Source: a virus
Taxonomy: Duplodnaviria; Caudoviricetes
Length of the DNA stretch: 36,357 nt
Direction: 5' to 3' (one strand)
IMG/VR virus record: IMGVR_UViG_3300030433_000071
Location: 1-36,357 of that record
In this document: one piece after another, positions 25,726 to 32,829 of the stretch
Position numbering within the stretch: the first letter of the stretch is position 1
Layout: each line of letters opens with the position of its first letter
The notes under the pieces: generated by a model
What the model saw: the letters and a program-made list of their open reading frames with translations, nothing else
Database searches by the model: none
What the model was told of the DNA's origin: nothing
Translations under genes and position numbers: made by a program

Positions 25726-26332
25726 TGATGATCTCCTTTCTTGCTGCGTTTACTTCATTTGAGCGCAGGTACGCTCGCTCTTCAGTAGTGAAAACACCAC
25801 CCTTAGTTGGTGCTAGGTACAGCGCCTCTTTTACCTGATCGCTGTCTAGCTCCAGCCATGCCTCAGCAAATGCCAAGGCATCCTCAGCTATGAACGCCTC
25901 CTTCATATAGGCGACCGTAGCCCAGTTCTCTCTGACGGCGGCATTATGCGCCATCAGCCTATCGACCTGCTCCTTTACTTGCTCGTCAATGTTCTGCTGT
26001 GCGATTGCATTGGCAACCTCATCTGCGCTGGCGAACTCAGTACCCGCGAAACCGCAGGCAGCGAGGCTTCTGCCAATCGCTGACGTTTCTGCATTTTCCA
26101 TCGCACTCGTCCGGTTGATTTTTGACGCCGATCTCTTTTCCTCCGCATAGCCGGTCCCTCTTATGCGCTGGTCTTGATCTAGCACCAGCGCCTTCATTAC
26201 CACTGTCTCATCATCAGCGGAGACCAGTTCAGTCACGATCGACCACTCTGGATGTTGCTCCTTAAACTCCGCCACCCGTAACGCTACGGTCTTGTACTCA
26301 CGACCGTGAATCTTTACCACCCCATCTGTCAT
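25718..26332 (-). CDS. Putative single-strand annealing protein (Rad52/Sak-like)
   Basis: IHGREYKTVA.RV..F...TGYAEE...IN.TSA.ENAETSAIGR.LA..G; located before the SSB gene. Confidence 0.6.
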   Translation of the reverse strand: MTDGVVKIHGREYKTVALRVAEFKEQHPEWSIVTELVSADDETVVMKALVLDQDQRIRGTGYAEEKRSASKINRTSAMENAETSAIGRSLAACGFAGTEFASADEVANAIAQQNIDEQVKEQVDRLMAHNAAVRENWATVAYMKEAFIAEDALAFAEAWLELDSDQVKEALYLAPTKGGVFTTEERAYLRSNEVNAARKEIING

Positions 26333-26532
26333 ACCATCGTCCTCCGATCTTGCTCTTGCTCATGCCAGTACCTCGCGCCGTAACCGGCAACGTATGCGCG
26401 GTCCTCGACGTTAGCTGGCTTCCCTTCCTTACAGTCCTGCCAGCCCAGCACAAACTGGCTGACATCGAACAGCGGTCTGTTGCGGTAGTAGCTATCGACG
26501 TACTCCTGCAACTCAGAATCTAACTCAGGCAT
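26329..26532 (-). CDS. Hypothetical protein
   Basis: 67 aa; F..GW.DC..G......AY..GY motif. Confidence 0.7.
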   Translation of the reverse strand: MPELDSELQEYVDSYYRNRPLFDVSQFVLGWQDCKEGKPANVEDRAYVAGYGARYWHEQEQDRRTMV

Positions 26533-26809
26533 ACATTTCCTCCAGCGTGTCTACAACATCATCAGCGTTCAGAATCTTGTGGCCCATCCATGTGCATTTG
26601 CGGATGGTGTACTCCACTTCTTCCACCAGCGTCTTGTTACCCCAAAACTCATCAATGTAACAGCCGCCGTTGATGTCATACTTAGCGTCGATGTCAGACA
26701 CGTCAGCCATGACCCAGCAACCGCGCTCTTCAATATCAATGATGCGAGCGCCGTCGATGATGTCCTGACCCTCGGACACCGGCTCGTAGTCGATCCAGAT
26801 AGCAATCAT
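26525..26809 (-). CDS. Acidic hypothetical protein
   Basis: 94 aa; AAGGAGGG RBS. Confidence 0.7.
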   Translation of the reverse strand: MIAIWIDYEPVSEGQDIIDGARIIDIEERGCWVMADVSDIDAKYDINGGCYIDEFWGNKTLVEEVEYTIRKCTWMGHKILNADDVVDTLEEMYA

Positions 26810-27111
26810 GATTGTCCCTCCTTAAGAAAATCACGCAGACGGTAAAGGTGTTCCAGATCCAGCTTGCGAGCGTTGAGGTAGCCGTCGAAATACTGCCACT
26901 GCTGCGGCGACCGCTCACGGTCGATGGTGTTCATGAAGTCACCATCCGTCTGGATGGATTCTTGAACTAGGTCGATGATGTGCGCGAGCAGCTGACGCGC
27001 ACCTTTGAGTTGGGCGATGGCAACCTGCCCATCCTTGAGTGACTCGTTATTATGCAGCGCCTTCTCTGTTGCCTTGCGTGCTGCTTCTTCAAATGCATTA
27101 GTAATTTTCAT
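26806..27111 (-). CDS. Hypothetical protein
   Basis: 101 aa; GGGAGGT RBS. Confidence 0.7.
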   Translation of the reverse strand: MKITNAFEEAARKATEKALHNNESLKDGQVAIAQLKGARQLLAHIIDLVQESIQTDGDFMNTIDRERSPQQWQYFDGYLNARKLDLEHLYRLRDFLKEGQS

Positions 27112-27295
27112 ACGTTGGCACCTCCCTCTCGTCTGCGCCGATCTTCCGCCGTAGCTGGTTGCTTAACTTTTGCAGTTGCTGCATTACCTTTCTGCCATGC
27201 GCTGTTTCTGATAACCAATCATCGTTGTCGTAAATATGCATTTCGATTGCTTGCACAGCCATATCTATGGCCTGCTGTCTTGGTGTTAATTTCAT
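27098..27295 (-). CDS. Hypothetical early protein
   Basis: Start moved to ATG 27295 (MKLTPRQQAID) after GGGAGGG. Confidence 0.7.
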   Translation of the reverse strand: MKLTPRQQAIDMAVQAIEMHIYDNDDWLSETAHGRKVMQQLQKLSNQLRRKIGADEREVPTYENY

Positions 27296-27313
27296 GTTGT
27301 TACCCTCCCTTGA

Positions 27314-27333
27314 GCCGCTTACGCGGCCTTGTC
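27314..27333 (-). repeat. Stop-codon hairpin GCCGC-GUAA-GCGGC, copy 2
   Basis: Identical 20-mer to 19475-19494. Confidence 0.9.
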
Positions 27334-27495
27334 TGTTTGTTGATCTTCCACCAGTGAAGCGGCCCACGCGCCTAGCGCCTCTACCACTTTCATCGCCTCC
27401 GCGTTAGCGTAGTTAACGCCGCAGTTGTAGAACGCTACTTGCGCGATGCAGTGTCCGTCATGTGCAATGATGTTGTACCTATGCTGTGGTGTCAT
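27319..27495 (-). CDS. Hypothetical early protein (58 aa, ends DKAA)
   Basis: Start moved to ATG 27495 after GGAGG. Confidence 0.7.
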   Translation of the reverse strand: MTPQHRYNIIAHDGHCIAQVAFYNCGVNYANAEAMKVVEALGAWAASLVEDQQTDKAA

Positions 27496-27632
27496 TTTGT
27501 TATTTCCTCCACTGTTTTTTTCGCTTCCTCTAAGGTGGAGCATTCGTACCACTGTCCGTCCTTAGACCGAAAAGAATACTTGTTGAACCACTGCTGAATT
27601 TGAACGTGGTTGTGGGTGTGTACCATAATCAT
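27492..27632 (-). CDS. 46-aa hypothetical early protein (not in ORF track)
   Basis: MIMVHTHNHVQIQQWFNKYSFRSKDGQWYECSTLEEAKKTVEEITK*; AGGAGG RBS; ATGA coupling to the next gene. Confidence 0.7.
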   Translation of the reverse strand: MIMVHTHNHVQIQQWFNKYSFRSKDGQWYECSTLEEAKKTVEEITK

Positions 27633-27644
27633 CTGATAAGCCTC

Positions 27645-27842
27645 CTAGCCTCGCTTAGATTTAAAAGGGGTGAAGTAACGCTTTTCGGAAAGCGGCTTGC
27701 GGCTGCGCTCGCCCGTAGCGAAACGGACGTACATCCACTTGCGGCCTTCCTTCTCAATCCACGCCACACGGGTACCGTGATCGGTGTTATACCAGCAGGG
27801 CTGGAAGCCCCGGTTGATTACCTTGCGGTAAGTCCACTGCAT
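27645..27842 (-). CDS. Basic hypothetical early protein (65 aa)
   Basis: Start at ATG 27842 within GGAGGGAATGACTATG. Confidence 0.7.
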   Translation of the reverse strand: MQWTYRKVINRGFQPCWYNTDHGTRVAWIEKEGRKWMYVRFATGERSRKPLSEKRYFTPFKSKRG

Positions 27843-27856
27843 AGTCATTCCCTCCT

Positions 27857-28240
27857 TTATGCGGTGAAGCGGTAGGCGTGAGTCACACGCTTGCGTGACC
27901 ACTTGCAGTCGGCGGGATCTGCACCATCAAACCAGTTGTCATAAACCTTCTGGTTTTTGATGGCGATAAAGTGACCGCCGACCCTCAGAAAGTAAGTGCC
28001 TGACTTGGTCGTGTGCTTTTCGACGAATGATTTGAGCGATCCGCGCTCTGCCATTTCGTCAGCCTTACCATGCTTATTCAGCACGTTGACGCAGTCGGTA
28101 ACGTAGCTATACCCCTGCCAACGCTTGCCACCGTAACGCTTGGGGTTGGCGGCAGCAAACTTGCTCATGCTTTCCTCGACACTAACGCCGATAAGATGAG
28201 CTACTGAACTAGGACCGCAATTTGGCTTTACTGATTTCAT
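27857..28240 (-). CDS. Small papain/C39-like fold protein (first gene after promoter P2)
   Basis: Start at ATG 28240; NCGP...GHFIAI.....YDN gives a Cys-His-Asp order. Confidence 0.6.
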   Translation of the reverse strand: MKSVKPNCGPSSVAHLIGVSVEESMSKFAAANPKRYGGKRWQGYSYVTDCVNVLNKHGKADEMAERGSLKSFVEKHTTKSGTYFLRVGGHFIAIKNQKVYDNWFDGADPADCKWSRKRVTHAYRFTA

Positions 28241-28277
28241 AGTCATTCCCTCCGTAGGAATATTTACTACAGAACGA

Positions 28278-28320
28278 ATGATTGCACACTTCGATGTGTG
28301 CGTCAACACTTTTGTGTGCG
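28278..28320 (-). promoter_or_regulatory. Sigma70-type promoter P2 with inverted-repeat operator
   Basis: TTGACG (28301-06), 17 nt, AATCAT (28278-83); perfect GCACAC-N6-GTGTGC at 28284-28301; extra half-site at 28314-28319. Confidence 0.65.
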
Positions 28321-28323
28321 GTA

Positions 28324-28340
28324 TGTAGCGTGACGCTACA
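28324..28340. other. 7-bp perfect hairpin/palindrome after the endolysin stop
   Basis: TGTAGCG-TGA-CGCTACA; no U-tract. Confidence 0.5.
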
Positions 28341-28342
28341 GG

Positions 28343-28705
28343 TCAGTATGACCAGATGGTGGGGCCGGGCCTTGTGTAGTCCCAATCAAGGTGAATAAAT
28401 CGTGCGCCGCCTTTTTGATTTATGCCGATCCGGGGGCAATCACTGAGAATTGCTAGTGCGACCAGCCTGTGGGCGTCTTTGCCCTGCACCCCTATATCAA
28501 CAGCAAGCCCGGTTGAGTGCGCCCCGGGTCCAGACTCCTTGCGAGATTCAATCGGATGATCCGGGCATCGGTAGCCAGATGTGACCGGCAGCGGCTTGCC
28601 CATTTGCTCGCGTAACTCATCCAGCTTTGCGCGGACGCCGTCATCAAACTTTAGTTCGCCGCAGCCGCACTGACATCGCAATTCATCGTCTGAGAAGTAT
28701 GTCAC
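28343..28705 (-). CDS. Endolysin, peptidase M15 family
   Basis: YF...EL.C.CGCG, TSGYRC, H..G.AVDI, FIHLD. Confidence 0.92.
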   Translation of the reverse strand: MTYFSDDELRCQCGCGELKFDDGVRAKLDELREQMGKPLPVTSGYRCPDHPIESRKESGPGAHSTGLAVDIGVQGKDAHRLVALAILSDCPRIGINQKGGARFIHLDWDYTRPGPTIWSY

Positions 28706-29100
28706 GTTTCTCGTTGCACCCCTTTTGACTTTTCAAAGCTACGCATACCAGACAGGCCAAGCATTCCGATAAGCACGGGCATGAACGTCTCTAGGTCGAT
28801 GAGAGGAACCTGTATTTCATTTCCAGATAGAGCAAGACCAAAGTTAGCAAAAGGAATGATGATGTAATTACCGGCAATGCCTGCGACAAAACACCAGCCA
28901 AGTGCCGGACGCCATCCCGCAATAAAGATGCTTTTATGTGCGGCCTCTGTTTGGTTGACCGCCAGCTGCGCTTTGTTAATTTCATGGGCGTGTCGCTCCG
29001 ACATCGTAGCGATTTCATGGGCGAGCCTGTTCCGCTCATCTGCGTCTGGGATAAATTTGTCCAACAGTGAGCTTACGGGTCCAACCAATAGATCAATCAT
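28702..29100 (-). CDS. Holin (GTA-type 3TM holin family)
   Basis: LLDKFIPD, FIAGWRPALGW, GMLGLSGMRSFEK; directly upstream of the endolysin. Confidence 0.9.
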   Translation of the reverse strand: MIDLLVGPVSSLLDKFIPDADERNRLAHEIATMSERHAHEINKAQLAVNQTEAAHKSIFIAGWRPALGWCFVAGIAGNYIIIPFANFGLALSGNEIQVPLIDLETFMPVLIGMLGLSGMRSFEKSKGVQRET

Positions 29101-29351
29101 TTGTCTGCCTTGCCGTCTAGCTTTTCTTCGATGGCGTCCAGCTTATCGAACAATCGTTGCATATCGCTCTTCCACTCTTCGCGTTTGAGATACTCGCCAG
29201 CAACAGAAACCTCCAGCTTGCCCACCTGCTGGTCTAAGTTGCTCAATGAGTCCCACATACTTTTCAGTATGAAAGCATAGCCGCCAGCCGCAATGCTGAT
29301 CACAAGATTAATCATTGACTGATCCACGGTCATCTCCATATCTCGTGCCAC
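29097..29351 (-). CDS. Membrane-anchored coiled-coil protein of the lysis region (start uncertain, 29327-29351)
   Basis: N-terminal hydrophobic INLVISIAAGGYAFIL, then YLKREE...LFDKLD.IEEKLD.KADK. Confidence 0.7.
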   Translation of the reverse strand: MARDMEMTVDQSMINLVISIAAGGYAFILKSMWDSLSNLDQQVGKLEVSVAGEYLKREEWKSDMQRLFDKLDAIEEKLDGKADK

Positions 29352-29509
29352 ATTTGCTTTGCAGCCCTTTTTGTTTTCCGCACCCTGATCTTGGCGCTTA
29401 CATAAATGGAATAGAGAAAACCATCAACACGGGTAACAGCAGAACGGATATCACGCCTAATACCACGGCGTACTCTATCCAACTCGTCTCTGAATTCTTC
29501 ACGATTCAT
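29330..29509 (-). CDS. Arg-rich hypothetical protein (59 aa)
   Basis: Start moved to ATG 29509 after GAGG. Confidence 0.55.
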   Translation of the reverse strand: MNREEFRDELDRVRRGIRRDIRSAVTRVDGFLYSIYVSAKIRVRKTKRAAKQMWHEIWR

Positions 29510-29519
29510 TCCAGCCTCG

Positions 29520-30329
29520 TTACGGTGTGCAGATGACCGACGATGTCCCATCAGCATTGTTAGTGATTGTGCAACTCAATTGCGGCACGTTAGTCATGAT
29601 CTCCGAAATCGCCGTAGTGTACTGAGTCCAGACGCCATCCAAAAGAGCGTTGTTTCCAGCGTCCATGTTCAGCATGGTGTCGAATCCAGCAGCGCCCAGC
29701 GTGACGGTCGAGTCGAGTCCCGCAGTACCGAGGCTAGTCAAAGACGTAAACCCAGAGGTGCCGAGTGTGGTTAGGTTGTCCATTCCGGTCGTGGCGATGG
29801 TGGTGTTGGCGTCGAAGCCTGCGGTGCCGAGGTTGGTCAGGTTATCCATGCCTGTCACCCCGAGGGTTATCATGCCATCCACGAACGGCGTGTAGTCGAT
29901 GTTGCCTGCTACCTCACCCATGCTGACAAAAGAGCCGTATAGCGCCTGCTGGGTCGTGGCGTCAGCGGATATCCGGGCTAGGTCAACATCTGCCGAATAC
30001 TTAGCCATGGTCTTAGCTGAATCTGCCTGCATCCACATCATGCCCAATGACGTTACCGGGGTAGCCAGAATACTTGCCCACTGCAGCGCCTGAGATTGCT
30101 GCGGGATCGGGTTTACCGTAGGTGTCTGAGTTAGGGCTAGGGCCATTACCGCTGCGCTTGCAGCCTGACCATCCCCAGCCGCCGCAATAGCTGACAACGC
30201 CTCAAACTTTGCCCGGGCTGCAGCAGAGTTTGCCTCTGCAGCCTTCTGCACCGCCTCGTAATACTGGCTGTTGCTGGACGCGCAGCCAGTGATTGATACC
30301 GCAAGAAGTAGAGCAATAATCGCTTTCAT
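29520..30329 (-). CDS. Lipoprotein with 11-aa repeats
   Basis: Signal peptide MKAIIALLLAVSITG/C (lipobox, Cys16); six hendecad repeats at residues ~154-219. Confidence 0.85.
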   Translation of the reverse strand: MKAIIALLLAVSITGCASSNSQYYEAVQKAAEANSAAARAKFEALSAIAAAGDGQAASAAVMALALTQTPTVNPIPQQSQALQWASILATPVTSLGMMWMQADSAKTMAKYSADVDLARISADATTQQALYGSFVSMGEVAGNIDYTPFVDGMITLGVTGMDNLTNLGTAGFDANTTIATTGMDNLTTLGTSGFTSLTSLGTAGLDSTVTLGAAGFDTMLNMDAGNNALLDGVWTQYTTAISEIMTNVPQLSCTITNNADGTSSVICTP

Positions 30330-30622
30330 ATCTTACCCTCGACAATCCGTAGTTTTTTAAAGTTGGGATCGTTCAGCTTCTTAATGATCAGCTTCTGCAT
30401 CCCGTCATGGTCTTCCCACGACACGCCCTCTTCCTTCATCCACATCGCCAGAAGGTGCATCGGGATATCACCCACATACCATGAGTCTGACAGCATATCG
30501 TCCTTGCCGATCCCGGCAGACCGCAGCTGCTGATTGCGCTCAAGGTATGGCGTGTTGTCGTACTCAGTGTGGATGCCAAACTTAGTGCCACCCAGATCGA
30601 CAAACTTCTCTTTTACCTTCAC
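30326..30622 (-). CDS. Conserved hypothetical protein downstream of the capsid gene
   Basis: 98 aa; VG.IP.....W.KE.G...KKLNDP....LR...G motif; GGAGG RBS. Confidence 0.75.
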   Translation of the reverse strand: MKVKEKFVDLGGTKFGIHTEYDNTPYLERNQQLRSAGIGKDDMLSDSWYVGDIPMHLLAMWMKEEGVSWEDHDGMQKLIIKKLNDPNFKKLRIVEGKI

Positions 30623-30635
30623 GTTACCTCCAGTG

Positions 30636-30657
30636 AGAAAAGGGGGCCGTAGCCCCC
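30636..30657 (-). terminator. Rho-independent terminator after the major capsid gene
   Basis: Minus strand GGGGGC-UACG-GCCCCC-UUUUCU: UNCG tetraloop and short U-tract. Confidence 0.85.
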
Positions 30658-30664
30658 GTCAAAC

Positions 30665-31612
30665 TTAGCTAGTGGTGCAATCGTAAACCGCGCCAGAACT
30701 TTTCTCGTTCTTAGCGACCAGAGTCAGCTCGGTTAGCACCTGTCGCTTCTCGTAGTCGCCGTCTTTCGCCAAGGCTTCGTTCTTGGTAGGACGCAGTACG
30801 GCTACCTCAAACATATCGTCTTGGATGACAAAGACATCAGAGCCACGCTGCTCACGAGACGGTACGAACTTCACAGTACCCCAAGGGGTGACGTAGACGC
30901 TCATATGCTTGATGACCTTCTCAGACTCAGCGGTGATGTTGCTACGCTGATTGTTATTTCCATCAAATGCCAGTGCCTTGTTCATCTGGAATGCTGACAG
31001 GTAAACCGTGTCGGGGTTACCGCCTGATTCCCAGATTGACTGCATAACACCGTCGAAACGGGTCTGCGAGAATGCAGCAGCCGTACCGTCAGTGCGAGCA
31101 TCAGTGCCATTACCAGTAGCAACGGTAGCGTCAGACGCTTCGTCGATGTTGGTGATGATCCATGAAGGCAGACCAGCAAGCTCACGCGCAGTTGAGCTAT
31201 CGCCAGCAACGCGAGCGTTGTTGTCAAACAGTGCCTTTTCGATATCAAGCTTTTGTTCTTTGGCGATTCTGAGGGTCTGGTACGCCATCTCTTTGGCGCG
31301 ACCGGCCTTTTCAAGACCTTCGTCAGTGCCGGGGATGATCACCGCATTTTTAAAAATCTGGGTGTAGTTCCCGAGGCGCGTAGTCGCCGTGCGAGCCTCA
31401 GCAGTAGTCGCGTCACCTTCAATGTGTGCGTTAGCTGCTGATGCGCGCAGCGAATCCGTCATCCACTCGTGATAAGTGTTGCGAGCCTTGCTCTTTCCAC
31501 AGGCTGAATAAAATGGAGTTTCTTCGGGCGAGACATCATGGATGATATCGCTCAAATCTTCTCTAATACCGACAGCATCATAGCTGTCAAAAGTGTTGGA
31601 TGGCTGTGCCAT
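30665..31612 (-). CDS. Major capsid protein (DUF5309/SU10-type)
   Basis: GIREDLSDII.DVSPEETPF, HEW.TD.L, RLGNYTQIF, LAK.GD..KRQ...E.TL. Confidence 0.93.
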   Translation of the reverse strand: MAQPSNTFDSYDAVGIREDLSDIIHDVSPEETPFYSACGKSKARNTYHEWMTDSLRASAANAHIEGDATTAEARTATTRLGNYTQIFKNAVIIPGTDEGLEKAGRAKEMAYQTLRIAKEQKLDIEKALFDNNARVAGDSSTARELAGLPSWIITNIDEASDATVATGNGTDARTDGTAAAFSQTRFDGVMQSIWESGGNPDTVYLSAFQMNKALAFDGNNNQRSNITAESEKVIKHMSVYVTPWGTVKFVPSREQRGSDVFVIQDDMFEVAVLRPTKNEALAKDGDYEKRQVLTELTLVAKNEKSSGAVYDCTTS

Positions 31613-31623
31613 GATTAATTACC

Positions 31624-32586
31624 TCATTTAAGGATTAGTGATAGAGCGTCATCAATGCTTCCGCTCTTCTTCAGTTTTTGTCGAGTTTGTCGCTCGGCGT
31701 CTTTGTTGGATCGCGTCTTCTTAGCACCTGCCTTCACTGTGCGCTTGGCCTTTGGCTTCGCCTTAGTGACTGCCTTCTGCTTTCCAGACATTAGTTCTTG
31801 GTACTTAATGGCGTCATGCAATACTCGGATTGCACGGTGGTCCATTACTGCACCAATCTCACCCGGGTCATAGCCGTAAATCTCTTGCCCCATCGTCACA
31901 AGACGGTCCCGGGCTTGAGCGGCTGTGTCTGGCTCTGCAAACTCTGGTACTACAGCTTTCAGCGTTTCCATCTCACGCTCTAAATAAGCGCGCTGGGCGT
32001 ACTGCTGTGCTTGAGACTGCTGTTCAGCAACCTGCTGAATTTGAGCAATCTGTCCGTCATAAGCAGTCTTCGCCTCATCGTATTGCAGCTTTGCTTCCAT
32101 ATATCCTATGGGGTCGCTATCGAACTGCTCTCTTGATGGGGCCACTGGTGCCTGCGGCAGACCGCTCTGTGCTTGTTGCAACAGGTTGCTAATCTGCTCG
32201 CGCTCACTCATCAGGTGTGCGTAAACCTGCTCCGCCTGCTTTCGCAGGTTGGCGGCTTCCTGCATACCCTTCTGGACATACTTTTGACCACTGTATCCTC
32301 GCTTGAGATCCTCAAGGCTTACCTCTTCTTCCTTGCCGTCTACTTTGACGGTGTATAGCGGAGGGGCCGGGACATCATCGTCTTCTGGGCCTTCGTATTC
32401 GTCCGGTGCGATGGGTTCCTCTTCTTCGCCATCAGGCTCTTCAGATTCTTCCACCTCTTCCTCAAGCTCCACCTCTTCGGCTTCGCTCTCTTCCACTGCC
32501 TCGGCCTCCACCTCTTCGGCTTCTGGTTGCGGGGCAAGTAAACCTTCTACGGCGCTATCAAAACTACTAAGTTCAGTCGTATCCAC
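31624..32586 (-). CDS. Capsid scaffolding protein
   Basis: Acidic N-terminus, YTVKVDGKEEEVSLEDLKRGYS, DHRAI..L.DA..Y, C-terminal LKKSGSIDDA. Confidence 0.88.
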   Translation of the reverse strand: MDTTELSSFDSAVEGLLAPQPEAEEVEAEAVEESEAEEVELEEEVEESEEPDGEEEEPIAPDEYEGPEDDDVPAPPLYTVKVDGKEEEVSLEDLKRGYSGQKYVQKGMQEAANLRKQAEQVYAHLMSEREQISNLLQQAQSGLPQAPVAPSREQFDSDPIGYMEAKLQYDEAKTAYDGQIAQIQQVAEQQSQAQQYAQRAYLEREMETLKAVVPEFAEPDTAAQARDRLVTMGQEIYGYDPGEIGAVMDHRAIRVLHDAIKYQELMSGKQKAVTKAKPKAKRTVKAGAKKTRSNKDAERQTRQKLKKSGSIDDALSLILK

Positions 32587-32598
32587 GGTACTGAGTCC

Positions 32599-32829
32599 TC
32601 ATTTACGTTTTTTGTCGTAGATCGCTTCATCCTGTAGGATTTGGGCCATACGATCTTCGATTTTTCCAAGCGCCCGAATAATCGTGTGCGCCTCCGCCCG
32701 GTCATCGTCTGATGAGTACGGGTTAAAAAAGACATCGCCCTGATCTTTTTTAATCTTTTCCACTAGGTAACTAAACGCCTCGTCACCCTGTAGCCGCCTG
32801 ATGCCAGCCGCCAAATCCTTTATATTCAT
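32599..32829 (-). CDS. Small conserved protein between portal and scaffold
   Basis: 76 aa, coupled to the portal stop. Confidence 0.75.
   Translation of the reverse strand: MNIKDLAAGIRRLQGDEAFSYLVEKIKKDQGDVFFNPYSSDDDRAEAHTIIRALGKIEDRMAQILQDEAIYDKKRK

Noticed and set aside
19230-27333. GCCGC-GTAA-GCGGC hairpins as intrinsic terminators or attP core
   Set aside because: No U-tract follows, an RBS comes right after, and no integrase is evident.
3639-29557. Longest-ORF starts given in the track for 3639..4214, 19480..19950, 27098..27367, 27319..27552, 27645..27902, 27857..28309 and 29330..29557
   Set aside because: They overlap upstream genes, promoters or the RBS itself; downstream ATGs with proper Shine-Dalgarno spacing were used instead.
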